In this document: one piece after another, positions 1-13,604 of the stretch
How the letters are laid out: each line of letters begins with the position of its first letter
Position numbering within the stretch: the stretch's first letter is position 1
Source of the DNA: Eledone cirrhosa
Taxonomy: Eukaryota
Length of the DNA: 64,000 nucleotides
Direction: 5' to 3'
NCBI GenBank assembly: GCA_964016885.1
Contig: OZ024752.1
Span: forward strand, 7,378,001-7,442,000
Translations under genes and position numbers: made by a program
Notes under the pieces: generated by a model
What the model was told of the DNA's origin: nothing
What the model saw: the letters and a program-made list of their open reading frames with translations, nothing else
Databases searched by the model: none

Positions 1-468
1 TGTCTGTATGTCTGCATTACGTCACTTCCCTGAGGATGTCGTTATGTCAGACTGATTTCCTTGAAATTGTAACTATGTATTAGTCAGTCTCTTCTTCATA
101 CCGTGAGCAAAAGAAGAACATCCAACTTTTTATATGGCCTCGGGCCCACATTAGATGAAAAATTTCATTTTTTCAGCTTTTTAGGGCTTTTTTGAGGCGT
201 TACGTCTAGCTGATTTTCCCGAAATTTCAAGGCATATTATGCACATAAAAAAAAATTCATTTTCTTGATCCCCTAGGGCCCGCATTAGGTGAAAATCTGC
301 ATTTTCCCTGCTTCATCAAGGAAAATCTTAAAGATTATCCAGCCATCAGAGTATTTGGTTTATTTTCTTTACATATTGTCCAGGCATGTAGTTTTTCCAT
401 GATTAGGTCTGTTGGCGGCCCGCGTTCCAAAATACCTTATCCCGTGCAACGCCGGGTACCACTGCTAG
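1..468 (+). mobile_element. Helitron 3' end
   Basis: GC-rich hairpin CCCGTGCAACGCCGGG (441-456), followed 8 nt later by CTAG|T. Confidence 0.6.
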
Positions 469-524
469 TATTATATAAATGTTAAAGGTGCTTTTGATTG
501 GGACTGTCGGCCACTAGTTAGATA

Positions 525-563
<39 letters not shown>

Positions 564-792
564 TAGAAAGTAAACAACACAAAATTAAATAGCTCTGTTC
601 TATAACATAGAGCACTCTTTTTTCCTTTGCCTTTCCTTCGGAATTACCTACCTTGCAAGCAGGGAAAAGCGGACGTAAAATGATGATATATATATGTGTT
701 AAGTATTTCCGTAGGAAAGGTAAAGGAAAGAAGAGTGCTCTATGTATAGTACAGAGCTATTTAATTATGTAATAAACAACACAATATAATTA

Positions 793-863
793 TTCCATTA
801 CCCAAGGTTTCACGAAGTCAGACGATTCTAACAGAGGCGTCTGAAGTCGCTCATCAGATAGAA
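793..863 (-). ncRNA. type I hammerhead ribozyme
   Basis: UUCUAU-CUGAUGA-[GCGACUUCAGACG/CGUCUGACUUCGU]-GAAA-CC(UUG)GG-UA-AUGGAA. Three stems and an intact core, with a GUA cleavage triplet. Confidence 0.8.
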
Positions 864-1059
864 ATCTGTAATATGGATGTAAGATATGAAATTAAAACCA
901 TATATATATATATTAAAATAACAGGTTAAAGTTTAAACAAAGAATCGCTGTTTTCACCCTTAACGGGATCTTCTGGAACTCTATGATTTTATATATTTTC
1001 ATATTTATATTATCCCTATCGAGCCCTCTTCGGATTTTAGTCTTCACATTTATTATTAT

Positions 1060-1101
<42 letters not shown>

Positions 1102-1314
1102 AGATTCAAGACCCCGATGGCTGAGCTCCAGCCGTTTCGACAGCTAGATCCGAACTGAATCTTTTCATATTACCCACTCTACTACACCAAGTATCAAGTA
1201 CTCTGGTGGGGTACCGTCTACCTGGTATTTTACCACACCCTATCTAAGATATATATATATATATATATTATTCAAAATATTAATAAATGGTGACATTTAC
1301 ATAATCAAAATATG

Positions 1315-1376
1315 TTTTATTATATATATTTCGGAGGTACTGTGCTGTTTTTTCAGTACGTCCTCATCAGATAAAA
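1315..1376 (-). ncRNA. minimal type I hammerhead ribozyme
   Basis: UUUUAU-CUGAUGA-[GGACGUACUG/CAGUACCUCC]-GAAA-UAUAUA-UA-AUAAAA, with a palindromic stem III. Confidence 0.75.
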
Positions 1377-2728
1377 TATATGAATTGATGTATGTATACC
1401 TCAACTGTGTTGATGGTTCAATTCCAGTCTTAGCAGTCAAAAGCACTCTGTTGAGTGCTTTTAATCTATTGTAAAACTATATTCATTGAGTAATCAATGA
1501 ACCTTATTAACATTTGGTTATATATATATTGTTATAGTTGAGTCATGTTATAATATAGCCTGAAATATTTAGTAAAACACTCACTGCTTTGTTTTACTCT
1601 ATATTTTTGACAATATTATAACAACATGCCCCTCCCAATATAACAATATATGTTTCAACACACGATTTCATATCAAAAACCTTGCAAACCAAATTCATAT
1701 GTATGTATGTATATATGTTTATCCCAGGTTCAATCGGAGGTAACCACAGTAAATAAGGTACTCAATACAAAACAGAGTATAAATATTTAATATAGAAATG
1801 GCTTCTACAGGACTAGAACTGTTTCATTCGGGAGAAATCCTCATATATATATATATATATATTGCTTGTGGCACACGTTCACAGACACTTCACTCAGACT
1901 AAAATAACTCAACATAATAAACGGAATTGTACCTAATATGTAAATTCCGAACGGTTTATTAGTAACAGCAAATGGAATATTAGATTCGCAGACATCACTT
2001 TATCTCTTTCCTATGTATCTACAGGAAAGTCGTCTGTTTTAAACAAACGATCGTCTCTAAGTGTTATACATCTTAGCTTTCATCTTAATTGGTATTATTC
2101 GATTGGATTTCCAAAGGTGTTCGTTTCCTTTTTAGAGAAAGTTGGCCATTCCTATGCATTATGGTAGAGATGAGAGACCGACATTAAATGGAGAATGGGA
2201 AGATAAGTAAGAAAGAAACCATGAATTTAAGGTGACCTACCGAATGTATTGAGAAAGTCGGTGATCTTCTTAATACTGCAGGTAATAACTTCGATATATT
2301 CTCGGTTATTCCAATCCTGTTGGATAGACCTTGGCGGAGCAATTTGCTGAGTTGACGCCATTTTAGTTGTTGTTTCTCTTACACTGGAAACGAGGCTTCA
2401 CTTCAGACAAGGGAAGACAACTCTGATCTTATGTCTCATTCTACAGCCAATCCTTCGTCTCCCTCCATCATTACATCTTACTAAACCACTTGTGTGTGTG
2501 TGTGTGGTTGTTGGTGGTAGTAGTGGTGGTAGTAGTGATGGTGATAGTAATGGTGATGGTGGTAGTGGGGTGGTAGTATTGGTGGTGGTAGTAGTAGTAG
2601 TAGTGGTTGTTGTTTTTATAGGTTTACCATCTGAAGAGCTCAGGCTATCATAACTGATAGTCCTCAGTGAAATATGTATAACAGAGTTTAAATAAACCTG
2701 AACTCAATATGACCTCAGACTTTCACTG

Positions 2729-3012
2729 ATGATGATCATCATCATTTTACGTCCGCTTTTCCCTGCTTGCAAGGGTGGGACGGGTCCTATTAAGCACAAC
2801 ATCTCTCCATTCGTCATCTCTTCCGTGAGCTTCAGCAATCTGAGATCTGCTCTCACCACCTCCGCCCATGTTTTTCATGGTCTTCCTCTAGTGCATCTTC
2901 CTTTTACTGGGATTTCTTGGTACTTCTTCACCCAGCAGTCATCTTCTATGTGCATCACATGGCCATACCAATGCAGTCTTCTCTCCCGCACACTACAGTT
3001 TATTCCTCTTAT
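2729..3012 (-). mobile_element. RTE-clade LINE 3' fragment
   Basis: Encodes RLHWYGHVMHIEDDCWVKK...GRPxKTW and has a (GAT)n tail. Same family at 19195-19352, 22349-22565 and 56215-56505 (+). Confidence 0.75.
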
Positions 3013-3399
3013 GCAGTTTCTCTCTCAACTCATCTACACTTGGTTGTTCATGCACAGCCAACCAAATATTCACACAGTGACAGGTCTTCGAGAAATCATG
3101 GGAGTAAAGCCAAGAGGTATATTCTTGTTTTGTCGACCTTCAGCATTCGGTAATCCAAAGAAGGGAGGTATGTGTAAATGCCAAACTCACTATCTTCAAT
3201 TCAGAATTTGATCATGAATCTTGGGTAATGACCGAGAATATGATCATAAATACAAATGGTCGAAATGGGATTCCTCCGAAGATCAGAGTGTTACTCCAGT
3301 TAGAGCAGCTACTTCTCTGAATTGAGAGATCACAGCTCCGATACTATGGACATGTGGTTAGAATGTCTCAGGAAAAAAAAAAATCGCTGGACAGATTTT

Positions 3400-3790
3400 A
3401 TACAATGTTGTTTTGGGCGAGAAACACACAAGTGAGGAGAGCTTGGTGATAGGGTGCATTGTTGTCGTGAAGAAACCAATTCTTCATGTTCTACAGATCC
3501 GGTCGCTTTTGCCGAACGTCCACCCTCAAATGCCTCAAAACATGCTGAAACATGCTCAATGTCTCTGTAGCAGACATCCCAAGTTCAATGCAAAATCTCA
3601 TGTTGGTTCTTTATTCCAACTTTCTGTCCATGACAACATCGCAGGTTACAGCAGACATGTGATGACAACACAAATATCACAACTTGTGAATTGACCAGAG
3701 ATGTCACTCAACACACTGGTGCTGCATGAAGGCCACTGCTAGCTCTCACTGGTGCACAACGGTGTGTTACAAACTGTTCATAACTCTCTC
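3400..3790 (-). mobile_element. mariner transposon relic
   Basis: Translates to RQKRPDL*NMKNWFLHDNNAPYHQALL...FLAQNNI, containing the mariner HDNAPxH motif. Confidence 0.65.
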
Positions 3791-3994
3791 AGAAGAAAAA
3801 TATAAACATAAATATGAACACATAATAAATACAATTAACTATTGCCAGGAACTTCACAAATACAATGCACAAAATTATATGATCAAAGCGAGAGAAAAAC
3901 AAGCATCAATTCACCACCATGTGCTACAATTGGGGTCACACAACATACCACAAGGGTCAACAGAAATGTTTTAGGTAAGCCATCATGGGTGATG

Positions 3995-4275
3995 GTTAAG
4001 GCACTGAAACAACCAAGTACCCTCACGAGTATCACCTGACACCTCAGTAAGGCCGCGTGATGGCGAGGCTAAGGCACTGAAACAACCAAGCACCCTCTTG
4101 GGTATCACCTGATACCTCAGTAAGGCCGCGTGATGGCGAGGCTAAGGCACTGAAACAACCAAGCACCCTCTTGAGTATCTCCTGATACCTCAGTAAGGCT
4201 GCGTGATGGCGAGGCTAAGGCACTGACACAACCAAGCACCTCCACAGGTATCACCTGACACCTCAGTAAAGCGAC
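3995..4275. repeat. ~73-bp tandem repeat, ~4 copies
   Basis: Repeated gctaaggcactgaaacaaccaagcaccctc... units. Confidence 0.85.
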
Positions 4276-4387
4276 CCACCTCCACCAAACGTCTCAAACA
4301 TCACAGGCTTGAAAAAATAGTTATTTGATGGTTCCCGGTATTTTAGGATTTTATTCCATTCAGCAACAGAAGCAGTGACCCTCACAT

Positions 4388-4560
4388 TTACCGTGGTTTC
4401 ATGATGTGGGACGGAGCAAAAGAGTCACTGACTGTGACGTCCCAGATAAGATATCTACCTCTTACCCAGGGACAAAGGGTAAGACCATCTGGTCTCTTCC
4501 CATCAATTCTGGATAACCCAGCCAGCTCCAGAACTAAGGGGATATTTACCTGAGCTTGAG
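4388..4560 (-). mobile_element. CRE/NeSL-type non-LTR retrotransposon, restriction-like endonuclease fragment
   Basis: [36 protein letters not shown], matching the RPD..WD RLE motif. Confidence 0.75.
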
Positions 4561-4740
4561 CCCACTTATATATATACATATATCATCATCGATTAACGTC
4601 TATCTTCCATGTTAGCATGGGTCTGACGGGTCCTATTTTGAGGCAAGTTGTGTCAGGTGACCGTGTCTCGCTCATATAGGGGTTTCTAGCTGGTTTTCTA
4701 TGGCTGGATGCCCTTCCAACCACATTTATATATATATAAA

Positions 4741-4874
4741 ATTTTATTAAGGCTGAATAGTGAGTCTTGTTACTCTGGAGTTTCGCCTGTTTATCACAGG
4801 GTCATAAGACAAGAACTGTGATAAACAGGCGAAACTCCGGAGTAACAAGACTCACTATTTAGCCTTAATAAAAT
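4741..4874. mobile_element. Penelope-like fold-back with degenerate hammerhead (minus strand 4765-4814)
   Basis: Arms 4741-4799 and 4816-4874. Minus strand reads UCUUGU-CUUAUGA-CCCUGU/ACAGGC-GAAA-CUCCAGAG-UA-ACAAGA (core G5U). Confidence 0.6.
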
Positions 4875-5489
4875 GAATACTAAAACTCTACATTGGTATT
4901 GAGTACTCCTTTCTCTCAGCCGTCAACTACATACATATATATATACAATATATACATATATACACACATACATACATACAATGATCACCGTTTTCTGTCT
5001 ATTTTCGACGCTTGTTTAAGATAGACGTGTTGTCAAATTCTGAAGCTAGATATGTCCGAATCTTACTCATGCGTTTACCTACACTACCACCTAACGGTGG
5101 AATGGACCCTTTTACCGTGGCACCGACACTTCCATGTATGACAAGTACATTTTACTGTGACACCACCACTAACATATTGGAGATTAGGGCGCGCGTTGTA
5201 TACGAGTTATTTCCCCTTATGTACGAGTTATGTCCCCTAACAATAACGGTTGGGGTTAGGAATGGCGGAAGGGATGTGAATGGGAGGAAAGGAATAGGGG
5301 TAGATTATACATGAGAAGTGGATGGGATAGAGATAATGAGGTAGATGGAAGTGGAATGGGACCTAAATATTGTTACACTTCTCTGGTTTTACCACCATCC
5401 CCTCCTTGCTCCTTTTATCCCACTCATATGGAGGGAAATTTTGTGCCATCTCCTTCGTAAAGTTTTGGTGAGTCAGCCTTTGGTGGATT

Positions 5490-6530
5490 TTCATAAAATA
5501 CAGTTTTATTATACAGAGCATATAAATAAATTTACAGTAGAATAACATAACAAATATGTTTTAAATATATACATAAATAACATTTCAAATGCTGAGATAA
5601 CATAATAAATTGCTCGCGATTCTTCCAGAAGGATATATTATTTTAATGTTACAATATTAAAGAAAATGTAAAGGAGGGGTGAACAACGGAGCCAACACTA
5701 GAGCAAAAGGCAGCAGCGCCGCGAGGAGAACTTTCCCCAGTACTCCTTGCTGCTGTCTTTTGCTCTGGTGTTAGCTCCGTTGTTCACCCCTCCTTTACAT
5801 TTTCTTTAATATTGTAACATTAAAAGAATATATCCTTCTTTTCATAAAACGTTTTATTTCGAACAGTATAATAGTAGAAGTACAGAACAGTATTAAAATT
5901 CTACATAGGTACCAGTGTTTGTAATAATCTGGGTATATCCTGGACTGACTTCTTCAGAAACTCAGGCAGTGTGTTAGTTGTGTTTTTTGGTAGTTTGGAG
6001 AGAAAAATATATAATGACCGTGACAGTACAAGTTACAAATGATAGCATATAGTGTTATACTATGATTCAGCTTATAAACTTCAATACAATATAATATGCC
6101 AGCTACATTTTTCAGTCTGTGGCTTTCGAGAGGTTTGGGGGAGTCGGGCCGCTGACTGCGAGGTTCCTTTCCTCACTGGCGGCTCGCCTAATAGAGGTTA
6201 CTGGCGAATCTCGTGAGGGCGCTTGGTTGTCCCAGCACCTCAGCCTCGCCATCAGCCGAGGCAACACTGCGAGTCTGGTGGCTTGCCTAAAAAATCATTA
6301 GAGAGATTTCCCAGTGCTCCTCGAGACGTTGCTGTCTTTTGCTCTGGTGTTAGCTCCGTTGTTCACCCCTTCCATTACATTTTCTTTAATATTGCAACAT
6401 TAAAGGAATATATCTTTCATTGTATCATCATTTATAGTGTTACCGTGTAATGTTGTTTATGTATATATTTAAAACATATTTGTTATGTTATTCTACTGTA
6501 AATTTATTTATATGCTTTGTAAAATAAAAA
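5490..6530. mobile_element. CRE-like LINE 3' ends, including an inverted pair
   Basis: 6105-6301 encodes FERFGGVGP...GESREGAWLSQHLSLAISRGNTASL. Its 3' UTR recurs as inverted arms 5626-5718 and 5748-5840. Confidence 0.7.
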
Positions 6531-6569
6531 TTTCACATATAGACAAACATAAAACACATAATACTTATA

Positions 6570-6783
6570 TAGGGTGGACCAAAAATCACACAGGGGTCGC
6601 AACTGTTTATAATTTTATTTTATCTTATAATATTGTAGTAATGTAGAGGTGTGACAAGGATTGACGAGTGCAAAATAGTTTCCATTATGTCCTTTTAAGT
6701 TGTATCAAAATTTCATACATCAATCTGTACAATTAGGAAGTTAATAAAAACTAAAACCCCTGTGTGACTTTTGGACCACCCTG
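6570..6783. mobile_element. Tc1/mariner-type MITE
   Basis: ~28-bp TIRs (CAGGGTGGTCCAAAAGTCACACAGGGGT) with TA flanks. Confidence 0.8.
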
Positions 6784-7306
6784 TATATATTATATATATA
6801 TATATATATATTATTATTATTCTGGGGTCTTTCCTCATCTGAGTGCTCAAGCTCAGACCATTATGCATATACGCTAGCTTGGCCGTATTCTAAAGCTTCG
6901 TCAATGCTGTACTAAAATTTATATATATATATATCTAACCTGATTGTTTTTTTCTTTGTCGCAGTTTTCAATTTGTCACACTATCTAACGTTTGTTAAGG
7001 TGACACAGCCTTATCGACTGCTTTGCTGCACATTCCTAATTGTATATCGTTAGCTTGGCCACAGCCAACACTTCGATTTTACTAAACTTCCATTTGTATA
7101 TGTGTGAATCACTACCCCGCTACGGACAACTGACGCTGCACACCAGGTCCGAACACAGAAGAGAGAGCTGAACTCCCACTGTCAGTACCCTCTAATTGAG
7201 TCAGTTTCTAGTTTTGAGCTGTAAACTCCTTCCTTCACTCACCTTCACAGGAAATATCACATGGTTTTAAGTGAGGGCTTCTTGTTGGCCATTTATGTGA
7301 ACCTCG

Positions 7307-7505
7307 GGCGGTGGATTAGTAGTATCGGTAGCGAGTCGGATGCCATGCTTTGCAGCATAGAGTTACGACCCTTTACGGTATGAGTTCAAATCCCGCCGAG
7401 GTTAACTTTGCCTTTCATCCTTACGGGGTCGATAAAATAAAGTACCAGTCACGCACTGGGATCGATTTAATCGACTTTCCCCTCCCCCAAAATTGTTGGC
7501 TTTGT
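7307..7505 (+). mobile_element. tRNA-derived SINE (major family, Deu/Nin-like core)
   Basis: A and B boxes (GTTCAAATCC) followed by CCTTTCATCCTTACGGGGTCGATAAAATAAAGTACCAG. Further copies at ~15120-15297(-), 17965-18312(-), 21769-21945(+), 28267-28375(-), 33780-33920(+), 33925-34020(-), 39181-39323(+), 47464-47792(+, 2 copies), 49025-49153(-), 52185-52530(-, 2 copies), 56885-57072(+). Confidence 0.8.
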
Positions 7506-7800
7506 GGACCTCTATGACGGAGCCAATGTCCTGGAAGTTGGACATCAAGCCACAGTATGTATAAAATGAGAAGGGGGCCCATGTCGTTGATATTGTCCTA
7601 AGTGGTTACAGTAGGTCAAAAGTTAAAATATTCAATAGGGAGTTTTTTCCACTCACCCTGTACATCTTCAAAACATGGAATGAATTATATAAACTGGAAA
7701 ACAGATTTCTGTTAACACTTTCGAAAACAATAGAAAGATTATGAAATAATTTAATAATCTGGGTGATTATTCACACTGAGACACACACACACACACACAC

Positions 7801-7854
<54 letters not shown>

Positions 7855-7860
<6 letters not shown>

Positions 7861-9135
7861 CGAAGGAAATGTGGTAAGGAACCAGGTGGACCATAACACA
7901 CCAAAGTACTCAATACTTAGGGTAGTAGAGTGGGTAATAGGAACGAGTAGGACCCCGACGGCTGAGCTCAAGCCGTTTCGACGGCTAATTCTGGACTAAA
8001 TGAACATTTTTATCCTGGTGTATGAATAGCCGAGCCTCTCAGGGCGTAATTCCATATATGATAAAAGTGATTGTCACAAGGATTGATCAAAAGTTTGTTG
8101 TTGAGACACAATTCTATCATGGCAATTTGTGGAAGGAAGGGGTAGCTGAACCTGCCAGTAGAAGAAAGAGGGAGAGGGAGTGGAGGAAACCCAGTCGTGC
8201 GTTGATAGTGCCAACTACAGCAGGATCCTAAGGGCAGGAGGTCAAGCAAGTATACTAGGGAGGGGGAGGGGGAGGAAGTCGAAACAATAAGTAAATCAAT
8301 ATGGAGTAAATATATAGGAGAATACCAAGAATGTTAAAAATATATATCGTATGAGCATTTATGTAGTTTGTACTAGAATATTTGTATCGTAGCGGCACCC
8401 TTAGAGATAGTATTAGTATTCATTTTCGGGATTCTGAATTATTATTTCGTATTAGTTTATGTTTTGCACTGGGTAATTGCTGGCCTTGTGCCTAAAGTAA
8501 AAACAATTATTTCATATTAGTTTCGGGACTCTGAATTATTATTTCGTGGTAGTTTCTTTAGTATTTTGGCCCCTAGTTGTTGACCTGTCACTGTAAGATA
8601 TACTCGGTTGATTACTACTAACTCATAAAATTGTCTCACTACAATTCCGTCCCAGCTATAACATTTCTATAGTTTAGCAGTACCAGTGAGAGACTTGATG
8701 ACTGTGGTTAGGGAATAGTAACCAGAAATTGTTTTTTTTTATATTTTTAACATTCTTGGTATTCTCCTATATATTTACTCCATATTGATTTACTTATTGT
8801 TTCGACTTCCTCCCCCTCCCCCTCCCTAGTATACTTGCTTGACCTCCTGCTGTAGTTGGCACTATCAACGAACGACTGGGTTTCCTCCACTCCCTCTCCC
8901 TCTTTCTTCTACTGGCAGGTTCAGCTACCCCTTCCTTCCACAAATTGCCATGATAGAATTGTGTCTCAACAACAAACTTTTGACCAATCCTTGTAACAAT
9001 CACTTTTACCATATATGGAATTACCCCTTGAGAAGCTCGGCTATTCATACACCAGGATAAAAATTTTCATTTAGTCCAGAATTAGCCGTCAAAACGGCAT
9101 GAGCTCAGCCGTCGGGGTCCTACTCGTTCCTATAT
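7855..9135. mobile_element. head-to-head Penelope-like pseudo-LTR pair with hammerhead-like motifs, flanked by (TA)n
   Basis: ~400-bp inverted arms 7937-8342 and 8742-9133. Each arm has a (G/A)AAA-CGGC...GCCG-TC-GGGGT hammerhead 3' half. Shorter copies lie at ~1105-1250, 26855-27025, 27900-28110 and 50880-51075. Confidence 0.65.
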
Positions 9136-9245
9136 ATATATGTTATGGAATACTGTTAGCTTCTCGCTACAACAATTTCTATACTTTTCATTTATATATA
9201 TATCTATATATATACACACACACACACACACATATGTACATATAC

Positions 9246-9280
<35 letters not shown>

Positions 9281-9582
9281 TGTACATATACACACATATA
9301 TATATACATATCACATATGTACTTATATATATATATACACACACACACATATGTATGTATATAAACACACACACATATATATATATACAGAGAGAGTGAG
9401 AGAGAGATTTTTCTTAGATAGACGCAAACACACAAACATGTTCTGTCGACTGTTGATCTCTAGAAGAAGTAAGTCATCTCCAAAGCCAACAGATACAGCT
9501 TGTCATGTGTATCCTTTCCGTTGAGGACCATGTCAGGATCACAAGATCTGGTCGGCACCAGCTTTTAACTTAGAGATACACT

Positions 9583-9638
<56 letters not shown>

Positions 9639-10042
9639 TTTATTGCTTTTGAATTAGTTCATGTGTGTGTGTATGTACACACATACACACACACAGTGAT
9701 AAAACCATGGTAAATATTGTCGGTTATTTGTGAGTGTGCGTGTGGTGTATTTGTGTGTGGTATGTGTGTTGGTGATGCGATGTATGTGTGGTGTGTGAGT
9801 GATGTTTGTGTGGTTTGTGTTTGTGATGTGATGTATGTGTGTGTGGTGTGTGATGTTTGTATGGTGTGTGTTTGTGATGTTTGTATGGTTTGTGATGTGA
9901 TGTATGTGTGTGATATTTGTGTGGTGTGTGTTTGTGATGTATGCGCTTGTGTGGTATGTATGTGTGGTGTGTGTGATGTATATATGGCGTGTGTGTCTGT
10001 TTAATGTTGAAATTTTGTTACCGAAATTGACAAAACAAAAAC

Positions 10043-12441
10043 AATATATTAGTGTAGGTCTGATAAAGTGTTCTCTAATATATTAATGTAGTCTGATAAA
10101 GTGTTCTCTAATATATTAATGTAGTCTGATAAAGTGTTCTCTAATATATTAGTGTAGGTCTGATAAAGTGTTCTCTAATATATTAATGTAGTCTGATAAA
10201 GTGTTCTCTAATATATTAGTGTAGTCTGATAAAGTGTTCTCTAATATATTAGTGTAGGTCTGATAAAGTGTTCTCTAATATATTAATGTAGTCTGATAAA
10301 GTGTTCTCTAATATATTAATGTAGTCTGATAAAGTGTTCTCTAATATATTAGTGTAGGTCTGATAAAGTGTTCTCTAATATATTAATGTAGTCTGATAAA
10401 GTGTTCTCTAATATATTAGTGTAGTCTGATAAAGTGTTCTCTAATATATTAGTGTAGTCTGATAAAGTGTTCTCTAATATATTAGTGTAGGTCTGATAAA
10501 GTGTTCTCTAATATATTAGTGTAGGTCTGATAAAGTGTTCTCTAATATATTAGTGTAGGTCTGATAAAGTGTTCTCTAATATATTAATGTAGTCTGATAA
10601 AGTGTTCTCTAATATATTAGTGTAGTCTGATAAAGTGTTCTCTAATATATTAGTGTAGTCTGATAAAGTGTTCTCTAATATATTAGTGTAGGTCTGATAA
10701 AGTGTTCTCTAATATATTAATGTAGTCTGATAAAGTGTTCTCTAATATATTAGTGTAGGTCTGATAAAGTGTTCTCTAATATATTAGTGTAGTCTGATAA
10801 AGTGTTCTCTAATATATTAGTGTAGTCTGATAAAGTGTTCTCTAATATATTAATGTAGTCTGATAAAGTGTTCTCTAATATATTAGTGTAGTCTGATAAA
10901 GTGTTCTCTAATATATTAGTGTAGGTCTGATAAAGTGTTCTCTAATATATTAGTGTAGGTCTGATAAAGTGTTCTCTAATATATTAATGTAGTCTGATAA
11001 AGTGTTCTCTAATATATTAGTGTAGTCTGATAAAGTGTTCTCTAATATAATAGTGTAGTCTGATAAAGTGTTCTCTAATATATTAGTGTAGTCTGATAAA
11101 GTGTTCTCTAATATATTAGTGTAGTCTGATAAAGTGTTCTCTAATATATTAGTGTAGGTCTGATAAAGTGTTCTCTAATATATTAATGTAGTCTGATAAA
11201 GTGTTCTCTAATATATTAGTGTAGGTCTGATAAAGTGTTCTCTAATATATTAGTGTAGGTCTGATAAAGTGTTCTCTAATATATTAATGTAGTCTGATAA
11301 AGTGTTCTCTAATATATTAATGTAGTCTGATAAAGTGTTCTCTAATATATTAGTGTAGGTCTGATAAAGTGTTCTCTAATATATTAGTGTAGGTCTGATA
11401 AAGTGTTCTCTAATATATTAATGTAGTCTGATAAAGTGTTCTCTAATATATTAGTGTAGGTCTGATAAAGTGTTCTCTAATATATTAGTGTAGGTCTGAT
11501 AAAGTGTTCTCTAATATATTAATGTAGTCTGATAAAGTGTTCTCTAATATAACAGTGTAGTCTGATAAAGTGTTCTCTAATATAATAGTGTAGTCTGATA
11601 AAGTGTTCTCTAATATATTAGTGTAGGTCTGATAAAGTGTTCTCTAATATATTAGTGTAGGTCTGATAAAGTGTTCTCTAATATATTAGTGTAGGTCTGA
11701 TAAAGTGTTCTCTAATATATTAGTGTAGTCTGATAAAGTGTTCTCTAATATAATAGTGTAGTCTGATAAAGTGTTCTCTAATATAATAGTGTAGTCTGAT
11801 AAAGTGTTCTCTAATATAATAGTGTAGTCTGATAAAGTGTTCTCTAATATATTAGTGTAGTCTGATAAAGTGTTCTCTAATATAACAGTGTAGTCTGATA
11901 AAGTGTTCTCTAATATATTAGTGTAGTCTGATAAAGTGTTCTCTAATATATTAGTGTAGGTCTGATAAAGTGTTCTCTAATATAATAGTGTAGTCTGATA
12001 AAGTGTTCTCTAATATATTAGTGTAGTCTGATAAAGTGTTCTCTAATATAATAGTGTAGTCTGATAAAGTGTTCTCTAATATAATAGTGTAGTCTGATAA
12101 AGTGTTCTCTAATATAATAGTGTAGTCTGATAAAGTGTTCTCTAATATAATAGTGTAGTCTGATAAAGTGTTCTCTAATATATTAGTGTAGTCTGATAAA
12201 GTGTTCTCTAATATAACAGTGTAGTCTGATAAAGTGTTCTCTAATATATTAGTGTAGTCTGATAAAGTGTTCTCTAATATATTAGTGTAGTCTAATAAAG
12301 TGTTCTCTAATATAACAGTGTAGTCTGATAAAGTGTTCTCTAATATAATAGTGTAGTCTGATAAAGTGTTCTCTAATATATTAGTGTAGTCTGATAAAGT
12401 GTTCTCTAATATAACAGTGTAGTCTGATAAAGTGTTCTCTA
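10043..12441. repeat. 33/34-bp minisatellite, ~70 copies
   Basis: Unit atatattagtgtag(g)tctgataaagtgttctcta. Confidence 0.97.
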
Positions 12442-12943
12442 TAAAAGTGATCACTATGGTTGTGTACATCTTAAATATATAAAATATATTTCAATTATGA
12501 GTTACGAGAAATAAAATAGATTTACATAAAGCAAATTTATTTGTGAGGTCAGTTTAAGAGAACTTATTATCTTGTAGCTAGACTATATATTTATTACATC
12601 TATAGGGAGTTTTGGGGATCGTGGGTGAGGAGTAGAAAATGTATTATATAATAAAGCCTAAAGTTTGTCTGGAGCCCCCGAGGTTCATTGGTGTGAAGTG
12701 ACCCACATACAAGACACCCCCCTGGACAGGACACTAGTCCATCATAGGGTAAAACCCCGAGGATCGTTAGGTTGGTACTAATCCCGGTTTCTGTGGTGTG
12801 AAGTGACTCAGGGTACAAAACTCCCTCCTGGACAGGACGCTGGTCCATCACAGAGTAAAACCCCAGCTTACTGTTGGTACTCATTTTCAGCTGAGCGAAT
12901 TCAATAATGGAGAGCCTGTTAATTATATTTGATATATGTAAAC

Positions 12944-13089
12944 CAGGCATGGGCAACATTTGTTGGGCACTGTGGTGGATAGGATGCGGATCATCATAAG
13001 GCGGGCCGCTTTATTAAAAGATTCAAAGCAATTTTGAAATTAGGGTTGCCATTCAGAAAGTCAAACGGGCCACAGTTTACCCATGACTG
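12944..13089. mobile_element. hAT-type MITE
   Basis: TIRs CAGGCATGGGCAA / TTACCCATGACTG with a perfect 8-bp TSD, ATGTAAAC. Confidence 0.85.
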
Positions 13090-13604
13090 ATGTAAACACT
13101 GACTTCCTTTATGGCTTAGACAAGGAAGAGCAGAGATTTTGATATTTATTTTAAGAACAATACCTTAATATAAGTATGCGATGCCAGTTATGGCCGGGTT
13201 GAACAAAAAGAGCAGAGATTTCGATATTTATTTTAAGAACAATACCTTAACATAAGTATGAGCTACCGGTTATGGCCGGTTTGAACAGAAAGAGGTGAAA
13301 GAATTCCAGCCAGATATGGCTGGTTTAAATGCTAAAGGGTTAAAGATAATTCACAAAATAGGTGACCAGCCTTAATATTTACGTTGCAGTTACATTGTTG
13401 AATTGCAAGTTCAAGTTCAAATCAGTTGAGACAAGATATTTAAAATGATGTTGGAAAGTTTCTAACAATAGATGCAGGGACTATGTGGGAAGCCCTTATA
13501 AATGTCAATACTATGATATTTGCTGTTATTTAACCCCAGGTCGAGACCTTTGGTCAAAAGGTATTCATTCTACCAGTGACCATTCTGTCATTCTAAAATG
13601 TCTA

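Noticed and set aside
10043-12469. CRISPR-like array or coding repeat (ENTLSDYTIIL)n; 10-nt match to miR-21
   Set aside because: There are no unique spacers or cas genes, the 33/34-bp indels break the frame, and the match to a vertebrate miRNA is a short chance match.
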